Shown here in pieces: positions 16,570 through 25,301 of a stretch of DNA of 30,591 nucleotides. The translations under genes were made by a program, and so were the position numbers. Every line of letters begins with the position of its first letter. Within the stretch, counting starts at the first letter, position 1. The notes beneath the pieces were generated by a model, which was not told the DNA's origin, made no database searches, and saw nothing but the letters and a program-made list of their open reading frames with translations. This DNA is from a bacterium (lineage in GTDB: Bacteria; Hinthialibacterota; Hinthialibacteria; Hinthialibacterales; Hinthialibacteraceae), in NCBI GenBank assembly GCA_041946805.1, contig JBHGBC010000059.1:1-30591 (forward strand), read 5' to 3'.

Positions 16570-18300
16570 CTACCCGATATACTTCGAGCGGACCGGGCGG
16601 CCGCACAGCATCCGTTGAATCCGTTCTTTCGCGTAGTTCTGGCGGTACGTTTTGGGCAAATAGGGTAACAGATGATCCCGGCCTTCCGTCAAGATCCGCC
16701 GGGTCATGATCCACACTCCGGGGAATGGAGGCGGCACATAGGGTTTGTCCAGCAAAGGCGGCCGGGTCAACTGAATATCCAGTTCCCCCGCCTCCGGGAC
16801 GGGAATGAGTTGGGACCGGCCCCGCGGGAAAGGGCCCGCTTCACCGCTTGCGGTGGTGTAGTGAAAGGCTTCCCCCCGCTCCCCACAGAAGAGAAGCTCG
16901 TCCACGGATTCCCCATGCACGGGGGGGGTAGTCACTTCGATCGCATTCACGCCTTCGGGGATGGACACCCGTACGCGGCGGGAATACAGCTTGATTTGCA
17001 GTGTGCCGCCGCGGCGGCGTGTGGCGTAGTTGGTCCGCGCGATTTCCGCCGGCGACATCCAACGGACCGGCCCCAGCGAATTGGTTTGCTCCGCCCGTTC
17101 GGTCAGAATGTCCAATCCCCAGGCCAAATCCCATTGATGGCCAGCGAAGATCAGGGGCAGGTCCAGGAATCCCCGCAGGATGATTTCATCATACGGATAG
17201 CTCAACATGCAAAAACGCGGGATGATGGGAAATCCCCCCACCACCATTTCCGCCGGCTCCCACCGCGCGGTGGGCATTTCCGGTGGATTGCGCGAGTCCA
17301 TAGGCCGCCAGGGATGCGGCACATCGCTGATCATGGCCTCGATACCGGCGGTGAGCATCGCCCGCAGCATTTCCAGTGAGCTCCGGCCATGCGGGGCCAC
17401 CATCACCCGCCCCACGGGCACGCCCCACCGCCGCTCGAACGTCTCGACGCGGCGCAGGGCCTGCGCGATGTACGAATCGCAGGCTTCCCTGGGCATCGGC
17501 TGCATGAACTCTTCGTACGTATGGTTGTTGCCGTGCATGATGAGTGAGATCCGGGCGGCTTGTTCCCGGAACACCCGGCGGGCGCCCCGATGGGCGAACC
17601 AACCGTCGAAGGGGATCATGGCCATGGAAATATGATAGTGATGCTCTTCCGCGTGCCGCGCCAATTCGGCGTACCGCGCGAAGCCATAGGAACTCCAATG
17701 CAGGTTGGGATCATCGAGAATGATCGAACCCCGCAGCGGGGGATTGCGCCAACACTCTTCTCCGGCCACCTCGCGCAGAAAATGCACCAGCGGGAGCAAG
17801 GCGATGAATTCGCCCTCGGCGATCTGGTCCCGCAGGCCTTCGCCTTCGGCGATTTCACGGGGCGCGTGGGGAACAAGATCCATCCGCAACGCCCCGTTCC
17901 GCCGGGCGATCCAGACCGGCCGGCCTTCCACTTCCGCCCGCACGGCGTCGCCGGATTCCACCGGCAAGGGCGGGAACTCCAACGCTTTTTTTTCGGTCAG
18001 GACTTTATTCCGCAGCCGGGAATCGAGGCTCTCGCTTGCGGTGAACCGGACCTCCCGGGGCCGGCCTTTCCCGGGGCCGGATTCCGCGCTTATGGCTACG
18101 TAACAAAACAGCCCTTGCCGGGCGGCTTCGGAAACCATGCCGGACATGCCCTGAAGAAAAATACCCGCGTCCAGTCCCGGCCACTCCCCTTCCCCACGGC
18201 CTTCGAACCGCAGGGGGAACACCAATTCCAGGATTTGAAAAAAAGTACGTCTTTTGTCGAATTCCTCCTGGGGAAAAACTCCGACACACTTTACAGTCAT
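16570..18300 (-). CDS. Hypothetical protein with polysaccharide-deacetylase (CE4/NodB-like, DUF2334-like) central domain
   Basis: 576 aa, RBS AAAGGA; IILDDP, SLIMHGNNHT, VMVAPHG and IFAGH occur in the order of CE4 motifs (Asp-Asp, HxxxH, xxP, late His); no evident signal peptide. Confidence 0.6.
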   Translation of the reverse strand: MTVKCVGVFPQEEFDKRRTFFQILELVFPLRFEGRGEGEWPGLDAGIFLQGMSGMVSEAARQGLFCYVAISAESGPGKGRPREVRFTASESLDSRLRNKVLTEKKALEFPPLPVESGDAVRAEVEGRPVWIARRNGALRMDLVPHAPREIAEGEGLRDQIAEGEFIALLPLVHFLREVAGEECWRNPPLRGSIILDDPNLHWSSYGFARYAELARHAEEHHYHISMAMIPFDGWFAHRGARRVFREQAARISLIMHGNNHTYEEFMQPMPREACDSYIAQALRRVETFERRWGVPVGRVMVAPHGRSSLEMLRAMLTAGIEAMISDVPHPWRPMDSRNPPEMPTARWEPAEMVVGGFPIIPRFCMLSYPYDEIILRGFLDLPLIFAGHQWDLAWGLDILTERAEQTNSLGPVRWMSPAEIARTNYATRRRGGTLQIKLYSRRVRVSIPEGVNAIEVTTPPVHGESVDELLFCGERGEAFHYTTASGEAGPFPRGRSQLIPVPEAGELDIQLTRPPLLDKPYVPPPFPGVWIMTRRILTEGRDHLLPYLPKTYRQNYAKERIQRMLCGRPVRSKYIG

Positions 18301-18514
18301 AATGAATTCCTTTCAAAACCCATCGCCAGTTTGGAATCAGCCCCAGCCAGCCGACTCTCATCCGCGAACGGAGCCAGTCCCCAATCCAAGTCCCCATACT
18401 TTCACTCAAGACGCCATCGTCCCATATAACAAAGGCCCCCTGATCCATCAGGTTTGACATGCCTTGGATCAAAGAGGATTCAAACGGCGCTGAAAAAGTA
18501 CGCATTCCGCCGGT

Positions 18515-19006
18515 TTATTCCAAAGGTAACAATTCCCGGTTAAACACATACAGGGGGGTACGGCCGGTGAGAGGGACGCCGCAGCGGGCCACCGGTTTGG
18601 CGGGATTGCCTTGGACCACGGTCATCGGCGGCACCGGGGTGGTCACCACGCTCCCCGCGGTCACCACCGCCCCCCGCCCGATGGTCACGTTGGGCAAGAT
18701 GATCGCTCCCGGACCGATGAATACCTCGTCTCCGATTTTGACCGTGATATTCCCCGGCGCGATATCCATGTCCCGGAAATGGGCGATGATCAGGGAGCGG
18801 ATGCCGATCTCGGTCTTGTCCCCGATGGAAACCAGATATGGGTAGGCTGTTTCGATCACGGCATCGTATCCGATCCATACCTCCACGCCAATTTGGACTC
18901 CGCGCCAACGGTGGAACCGGACACGCATGGGATTGCTTGGCACGGCGCGCGCCAGCATTTGTAAAAGTCGATTGAGGAAACCTCGAAACAAACCCTCTCC
19001 CATCAT
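18515..19006 (-). CDS. Stand-alone hexapeptide-repeat (LbH) acyltransferase, MAT/GAT/WcaF-like
   Basis: 163 aa; VQIGVEVWIG, VSIGDKTEIG, IIAHF (putative catalytic His), KIGDEVFIGPGAIILPNVTIGRGAVVTAGSVV, GNPAK. Confidence 0.9.
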   Translation of the reverse strand: MMGEGLFRGFLNRLLQMLARAVPSNPMRVRFHRWRGVQIGVEVWIGYDAVIETAYPYLVSIGDKTEIGIRSLIIAHFRDMDIAPGNITVKIGDEVFIGPGAIILPNVTIGRGAVVTAGSVVTTPVPPMTVVQGNPAKPVARCGVPLTGRTPLYVFNRELLPLE

Positions 19007-19098
19007 CCACTTTTCATCCTATCTTCATCGGCCGTTTGCCCTAATTCTACGATGGACCGCTCGAGTGGGCCATGTTCCCTAGTGCGCCCACCCTCTCG

Positions 19099-19818
19099 CT
19101 ACTCATCCACATAAACCAAATCCCAATCCCACCCTTCCACGGCTAACGCGCCCGCGTAGTCCGCGGCCACCTCCAGATCCAGGAGTCGCCAACGCCCCGC
19201 CTCGGAGGGATTCCATCCAGTCCAACATACGGCCGCCGGTTCCTCCGGTGCGAGAGATACCTCAAACTGGTCCAAGGGGATACTCAATCCCATCCCCAGC
19301 GCCTTCAAGAAGGCCTCCTTGCGCGTCCACCACACGAAAAAGGCGGTCTCGCGCGCTTCCGGCGAAAGGCGTTCGTAGCGGACCTTCTCACCCGGGGCGA
19401 AATATCCCTCCACGACGGTTTGCGCCGTCCGGGCATATCGGTATTCCAGATCCACGCCCACTCGCCGGTTCCGGGTTATTGAATACACCACCCGCCGGTA
19501 TGAATGCGCCAGGTTGAACTGGATTCCCCCCGGCTCCAGGTCCTTGTCCAACGCGGGTTTGCCCGCTGGGGAATACGTGAAGCGGATCTGGTTCGGATTC
19601 CAGTCCAGATAACCGCTCAAGATGTGCCGTAACCGGCCCCGCGCCACGATGTAAGAATCGCGATCCCGAGCAAACCGGAAACGGGCCGCCCTCTCCCTTT
19701 CATCCGGAGACAACAACGTGTACAAACGGTCTTTCTCGGCCTCTGGACGATCCAATCTCTCCCGCCAGACATGCACCGCATGATCCAGGCCTTTTCCGAA
19801 TAGTTCCAACCGCTCCAT
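19099..19818 (-). CDS. Sfp/HetI-type 4'-phosphopantetheinyl transferase
   Basis: LSPDERERAARFRF, GKP, FNLAHS, VGVDLE, WTRKEAFLKALGMGL; ATG 19818 lies 7 nt after the PKS stop. Confidence 0.95.
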   Translation of the reverse strand: MERLELFGKGLDHAVHVWRERLDRPEAEKDRLYTLLSPDERERAARFRFARDRDSYIVARGRLRHILSGYLDWNPNQIRFTYSPAGKPALDKDLEPGGIQFNLAHSYRRVVYSITRNRRVGVDLEYRYARTAQTVVEGYFAPGEKVRYERLSPEARETAFFVWWTRKEAFLKALGMGLSIPLDQFEVSLAPEEPAAVCWTGWNPSEAGRWRLLDLEVAADYAGALAVEGWDWDLVYVDE

Positions 19819-19825
19819 GGCCGGT

Positions 19826-22800
19826 TTACCCCAGGGGCTGTTGGAATTCATCCGTCCGGCTGATCAAATCCCGGTATTCCTTGTCCCACCAGGGCGCCTT
19901 ATGGATTTCCTGGATGATTTCTTGGGGAAAGCGGAACCGGAGCATTGCCGGGGATTCACGGCAGATGATAGCGAACGGGGGAACGTCCTGGGCGACCACG
20001 GCGCCCGCCTCGATCACCGCCCCGTTGCCGATTTTCCCGACCTCGGGCAGGATCACCACATTCGGGCCGATCCAGACATCGTTGCCGATCAGCAGCCATT
20101 GGCTGGGATCCCGGTCTTTGGCGGGAGGTTTGGATAACAAGCCGCTGGTGGTAAGGCGGTCGAGAGGCTGACGGAGCGGCAAGACCCGCACCGTGCCGGA
20201 TACTGTAGTATAGCGCCCGATACGCGTCCGCCGTTCGAACCGGGAACCGTCGAAACAGCCGGTACTGTAGGCTTCGGCGTGAATGTCGTGCCAATCGGCG
20301 TATAGATTCCGTAACGTGATGGAAAACGCTTCCCCGCCTTCGCGCCGCGTGATCGCGCTCTGGACCCATGGCCGCAATCCCGTGAACCGGTACAACCGCG
20401 CCAGCACCAAGGAAGCCCACCACGAGCGCCGCATCCGGGGGCCGGAAGCGTCTCCCGACGCTTCACGCAGAAGTTCCAGTTTTTCGCGCACCGCCGTGAG
20501 ATCAACCGGATACCGGCTAGCCGGATACATGGCCGCCGGCGCGGGGGCCGGTAAGCCGGTATCCGGAATCAAGCCAGGCCTAGGCGCGGCCCGGGAGGGG
20601 ACCAGGGCACTCACCGGCACAGGAGCGGACGCGGCCGCCGGCGCGATCAACCGGCTGAGTTGTTCGATGGTCGGATTTGCATACAGGACCGCTCCGGTCA
20701 ATTGGGTTCCAAAGCGTTTATTGATCTTGGAGGCCACGCGCAACGCCGAGAGCGAATCCGCCCCGATCTCAAAGAAATTATCGCAGGGTCCGATGGCATC
20801 CAGCCCCAGGCTTTCCATCCAAATCTGGCTGAGGGCTTCCACCACCTCTCCCGAAGGCGGTTGAGAAGGCGCCGGCGTCCAGGCGGGCGATTCGGTGGTT
20901 GCGGCTCGTTCCGGGACCGCCGGGATCACAGCCGGTTCCTTATGTGGAGCCAATTCCATCCTCGGGGCTGGTTTGGACGAATCGTTCCGGACCCATTGAT
21001 CCAGCCGCGCGCCGAGATCGCCCGGCGACACTATGATTTGCTTTAAGGCTGGGGAGGCGTGCGCCACGATCCGCCGGAAAGTTTCCAGCGACTCTTCTGG
21101 GCGCATGGCGAAGCAGTTGATGCTGGTATGCATCGCCGGATTTTGCCGGTCCGCGTCCGGTATGGCCCATTCATCCCAATTGACGCTGATCCACGGGATG
21201 GCGCTCTCGCCGCGGATCGACCGGGCATAGCCATCCAGGCACTGGTTGGCGGCCGCGTAAGCCGCCATCCCCACGCCGCCCAACACCGCCGCGTTGGAAG
21301 AGAATAGCAAAGCGAAATCCAATGGCTCACCGCGCAGCACCCGGTCCAAGACCATCCATCCCTGCACCTTGGCCTGAAACTGGAGATCCGCCCTTTCGCG
21401 GTCCATATCGCGGATCAAGGTCAGGAACGAATTGCCGCTGACGAGGCCTGCCGCGTGCAATACGCCATGGATCGCGCCCCAGCGCCGGCGGACCTGGTCC
21501 ACGGCCGCCCGCATTTGGTTCTCGTCCGAAACGTCGGCGGCCAGCACCAGGACATCCGCCCCCGCGGCCCGCAATTCCCGGACCTTACGGATACGCAGGT
21601 TATTCTTGTCCTGTTCATCATGGTTGGAAAGCCACGTGTCCCATTCGGATTCCGGCGGCAGTCCGGCGCGCCCGGTGAGCGCCAGTTTGGCCTTGTAGGT
21701 ACGGGCAAGGTAATCCGCCAGCATCAAGCCGATATCTCCCAGGCCGCCGGTGATCAGGTAAACCCCGCCTTCGCGTAATGGAACCGGCGCGGATTGGGCT
21801 TCCAGGCGGACCGCCTCGTAATCCAACACCCAGCGCCGGTGGTTGCGATAGGCCGTCTCGGGATCGTACGCAGTTAAATTCAGTTCCAAAATCAGATCAT
21901 CCGCCAGGCGGTTTGCATTTCCGTTTCGCAATTCGGAAGCCAAAATATCGACAGCCTGGCAGCGCAGACGCGGGTATTCCTGGGGGATCACCTTGCACAA
22001 TCCCAGCAGGGCCGATTGCTCTGGAGAGGTCAAATCATCCCCAGTGACATCCCGCGCGTTTGCGGTCAGGGTGATGATCCGGGCGGGATGCGCTTCCTGG
22101 GTTTCTCCCAACGCTCTTGCCAGGAACAGCAGGCTGTAAAATCCCCCCTCTTGCGCCCGGGCGAAATTTTCATATTCGTTTAATTCATTGGTGGAGTCGT
22201 GATTCCCTGCCGGGACGCTCCAGGCGTGGGCGATCCGGTCCACCGGCCCGGCGGCTGCCTTCAGCAGGGACATGTAGTCATCGCCGACTCCCGGGCGGAG
22301 GGAGAATTCGCGTTCCGACACTTTCACGAACGCGTCTCCCGTGGAAACCTGGATCACCTCGTGACCCGACGACTCCAACCGCCGGGACAATTCGTTCCCC
22401 AAGCCAGTCTTATCCACAAATAGAAGCCAGCGCTGTTTGGCATGGGCCGAACCGTTGGCCCGGCCCGCCAGGGGGAGGGCGGATTGCCTCCAGACGGGGA
22501 AATAGAACCAATCGGTGATATCGCTCCGGCGGGCGAAGCGGTCCGAAGCCGTCCGCGCGGGTAGAGCCGCTGGGATTTCCGATTTAGCAGGTTTGGCGCC
22601 GATCCAATACCGGTGGCGTTCGAACGGATAGGTGGGGAGGGAAATCCGCCTGCGCTTCTCATTGGCGTAGAAGCGGGACCAATCGGGAGTGAGGCCCTCC
22701 ATCCACATCCGGCCCAGGCTGGAAAGCATCATCGCCAGGTCGGGGGTTTTTTCCTTGGGATGCCGCAGGCTGGTCAACACGGCGTGTCCCGGACCCTTGG

Positions 22801-25246
22801 CGGTATGCTGTTTGGCGAGAGTGGCCAAAGTGTTGCCCGGCCCCACTTCGAGCAGGACGCATTCCGGCTCTTGCATCAAGGTTTGCAGGCCGTCGGCGAA
22901 ACGCACCGTTTGGCGCAGATGCGTGGCCCAGTATTGGGGATCCCGAGCCTGCGCCGGCGTGATCCAGGTCCCGGTGACATTGGAGATATAAGGAATCGCG
23001 GGATCCCGGAGTGAAATTTTCATCACCGCCGCGGCGAAGGGTTCCAGCACCGGGTCCATCATCGCCGAATGAAACGCGTGCGAGGTGATCAGCCGCCGGC
23101 AATCCAATTCCTGCCCGGTCAGATGCCTTTCCAGTTCTTCCACGAGCGGCGAAGGCCCCGACAAGACGCAAAACGAGGGGCCGTTCACCGCCGCCAGCGA
23201 CAATCCCCATTCCAGGTACCGCTCGATCTCTTTTTCAGGCAGACGGACGGCGAGCATCGATCCCCGGGGCATCTCTTGCATCAGGCGGCCCCGCAAGGCC
23301 ACCAGCGGCAGGGCGTCCTCCAGGGACAACACGCCCGCCAGGCAAGCCGCCACGTATTCGCCGAGGCTGTGGCCGGTCATCGCGGCCGGCCGGATTCCCC
23401 AATCCATCCAGACCTGCGCCAGGGCGTATTCGATCACGAACAGCGCGGGCTGGGTCACCGCGGTCTGCGTGAACCGCTCGGTGGCCGAATCCATCGCTTC
23501 CGCCGGGGGATACAATGCGTCCCGCAGGTCGAAGCCCAGAACCGGCCGCAGAATCGCATCACACCGGTCCACGTACTCACGGAACCGCGGTTCGGAATCG
23601 TACAAGTCCTTCGCCATGCCGACATATTGCGAACCCTGGCCGGAGAACAAAAACACAGCCGTGGGTGGGCGGCCATCGTGGCGTTTCGTGAAGACCCGCT
23701 CGGGGGGGAGAAGCTCCAGCGCATCCCGGGCGCCGGGGACATCCTGGGCGATCACCACCCGGCGGCAGCCGAAGGCCCGCCGGCCGGTTTGCAGCGTGTA
23801 AGCGGCGTCGGCCAAGTTGGTTTCAGGATTGTGGATCAAGAATTCCTTGAGATTGACGGTGGCTTGTTCGAGCGCCTCCGGCGTCTTGGCCGAGAGCAAC
23901 AGTGTCTGCCAGGGGCGGGAGGCGCTGGACGGTTCGGCCTCCGGGGCTTCCTCCAGCACCATGTGGCAGTTGGTGCCGCCCATGCCGAACGAACTCACCC
24001 CGGCGCGCCGGGGGCCGTTATCCGATCGCCACTCGGCCAGTTTCGCGTTGACATAAAACGGGCTGGAGTCGAAGTCGATGGCGGGATTGGGCGCGCGAAA
24101 ATGCAGGCTGGGCGGAATCCGGCGGTTTTCCATGGCCAGGACGGTTTTAATGAGTCCCGCGATGCCCGCCGCCGCCACGGTGTGTCCGAAATTCGATTTG
24201 ACCGAACCGATGGGGCAATATCCCCGCCGGTTCGTGGTAGCCCGGAACGCCTGGGTCAGCGCCGCGATTTCGATGGGATCGCCCAGCCCCGTGGCCGTCC
24301 CATGCGCCTCAACGTATTGGATGGTATCCGCGCTGACTCCGGCGATCGCCAGGGCTTCCGCGATCACCCCGGCCTGGCCGTCCACGCCGGGCGCGGTGAA
24401 GCCCACCTTGCCGGACCCATCGTTGTTGACCGCCGAACCACGGATCACGGCGCGGACACGGTCCCCGTCCCGCAGTGCGTCTTCCAGCCGTTTGAGCACC
24501 ACGACACCCGCTCCGCTGCCGAAAATCGTCCCCTTGGCGTCCGCGTCGAAGGAGCGGCAATGGCCGTCGGGCGAGGCGATTCCCCCTTCCGTATATAAAT
24601 AGCCGCGTTTTTGCGGGATCGAGACCGACACGCCCCCCGCCAGGGCCACGTCGCATTGGCCGTTCAGCAGGCTTTCGCACGCCAGATGCATGGCCACCAG
24701 TGAGGTCGAACAGGCCGTCTTCACGCACACGCTGGGGCCTTTGAGGTTGAACTTGTACGACACCCGCATGGGGAGATAGTCCCATTCGGTGCCCAGTTCC
24801 ACCTCGATGCGGTCGAATTCCTTCACTTGTTCGGGATGGGAGTAGATCTGATTCAGCAGGTAGCCGTTGGTGCCCGCTCCCGCGAACACGCCCGTCAGAC
24901 CGGCGCCCGCTTCGGGATCGATCCCCGCGTCCTCAAACGCTTCCCAGGCGCATTCCAGAAACACCCGTTGCTGCGGATCCATCACCCGCGCTTCCCGCGG
25001 CGTGTAACCGAAAAACGGGGCGTCGAACATCTCCACCTCGTCCAGCACCGCGCCCGCCTTCACATAGTGGGGATCCCGTGCGGTCTCCCGGTCCACTCCG
25101 GCGGCGATCACCTCCTCCTCGGTGAAGCAGGTAATGGATTCCACTCCATCCCGCAGGTTGCGCCAGTATTGCTCCGCGTTCCGCGCGCCCGGAAACCGGC
25201 AACTCAAACCGATGATCGCGATGCCTACCACTGGGTTTTCATTCAT
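19826..25246 (-). CDS. Type I PKS, single module KS-AT-KR-ACP with C-terminal CatB/Vat-like LbH domain
   Basis: 1806 aa; KS VKTACSTS / EAHGTAT / NFGHT (hybrid-type KS); AT GHSLGE + HAFHS (malonyl); KR GGLGDIG, FSS...YAAAN; ACP FFEIGADSL; C-terminus IGRY...IGNDVWIGPNVVILP...IGNGAVIEAGAVVAQDVPPFAI...RFRF...PWWD; no DH, ER or TE motifs seen. Confidence 0.95.
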   Translation of the reverse strand: MNENPVVGIAIIGLSCRFPGARNAEQYWRNLRDGVESITCFTEEEVIAAGVDRETARDPHYVKAGAVLDEVEMFDAPFFGYTPREARVMDPQQRVFLECAWEAFEDAGIDPEAGAGLTGVFAGAGTNGYLLNQIYSHPEQVKEFDRIEVELGTEWDYLPMRVSYKFNLKGPSVCVKTACSTSLVAMHLACESLLNGQCDVALAGGVSVSIPQKRGYLYTEGGIASPDGHCRSFDADAKGTIFGSGAGVVVLKRLEDALRDGDRVRAVIRGSAVNNDGSGKVGFTAPGVDGQAGVIAEALAIAGVSADTIQYVEAHGTATGLGDPIEIAALTQAFRATTNRRGYCPIGSVKSNFGHTVAAAGIAGLIKTVLAMENRRIPPSLHFRAPNPAIDFDSSPFYVNAKLAEWRSDNGPRRAGVSSFGMGGTNCHMVLEEAPEAEPSSASRPWQTLLLSAKTPEALEQATVNLKEFLIHNPETNLADAAYTLQTGRRAFGCRRVVIAQDVPGARDALELLPPERVFTKRHDGRPPTAVFLFSGQGSQYVGMAKDLYDSEPRFREYVDRCDAILRPVLGFDLRDALYPPAEAMDSATERFTQTAVTQPALFVIEYALAQVWMDWGIRPAAMTGHSLGEYVAACLAGVLSLEDALPLVALRGRLMQEMPRGSMLAVRLPEKEIERYLEWGLSLAAVNGPSFCVLSGPSPLVEELERHLTGQELDCRRLITSHAFHSAMMDPVLEPFAAAVMKISLRDPAIPYISNVTGTWITPAQARDPQYWATHLRQTVRFADGLQTLMQEPECVLLEVGPGNTLATLAKQHTAKGPGHAVLTSLRHPKEKTPDLAMMLSSLGRMWMEGLTPDWSRFYANEKRRRISLPTYPFERHRYWIGAKPAKSEIPAALPARTASDRFARRSDITDWFYFPVWRQSALPLAGRANGSAHAKQRWLLFVDKTGLGNELSRRLESSGHEVIQVSTGDAFVKVSEREFSLRPGVGDDYMSLLKAAAGPVDRIAHAWSVPAGNHDSTNELNEYENFARAQEGGFYSLLFLARALGETQEAHPARIITLTANARDVTGDDLTSPEQSALLGLCKVIPQEYPRLRCQAVDILASELRNGNANRLADDLILELNLTAYDPETAYRNHRRWVLDYEAVRLEAQSAPVPLREGGVYLITGGLGDIGLMLADYLARTYKAKLALTGRAGLPPESEWDTWLSNHDEQDKNNLRIRKVRELRAAGADVLVLAADVSDENQMRAAVDQVRRRWGAIHGVLHAAGLVSGNSFLTLIRDMDRERADLQFQAKVQGWMVLDRVLRGEPLDFALLFSSNAAVLGGVGMAAYAAANQCLDGYARSIRGESAIPWISVNWDEWAIPDADRQNPAMHTSINCFAMRPEESLETFRRIVAHASPALKQIIVSPGDLGARLDQWVRNDSSKPAPRMELAPHKEPAVIPAVPERAATTESPAWTPAPSQPPSGEVVEALSQIWMESLGLDAIGPCDNFFEIGADSLSALRVASKINKRFGTQLTGAVLYANPTIEQLSRLIAPAAASAPVPVSALVPSRAAPRPGLIPDTGLPAPAPAAMYPASRYPVDLTAVREKLELLREASGDASGPRMRRSWWASLVLARLYRFTGLRPWVQSAITRREGGEAFSITLRNLYADWHDIHAEAYSTGCFDGSRFERRTRIGRYTTVSGTVRVLPLRQPLDRLTTSGLLSKPPAKDRDPSQWLLIGNDVWIGPNVVILPEVGKIGNGAVIEAGAVVAQDVPPFAIICRESPAMLRFRFPQEIIQEIHKAPWWDKEYRDLISRTDEFQQPLG

Positions 25247-25301
25247 GATCGTCTCCTGGCCCCGTTGCTCCCAGTCTTTTCCGGATTCTCCACTCCTCGT
25301 T

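Noticed and set aside
16358..16714. 119-aa N-terminal extension of the DUF1080 ORF
   Set aside because: Overlaps the upstream gene and would bury the signal peptide; the RBS supports 16357
19063..19095. Possible degenerate GTAG-type REP (minus strand GGTGGGC..GCCCAC) inside the cluster
   Set aside because: Only a 6-bp stem and no second copy in the window; insufficient support
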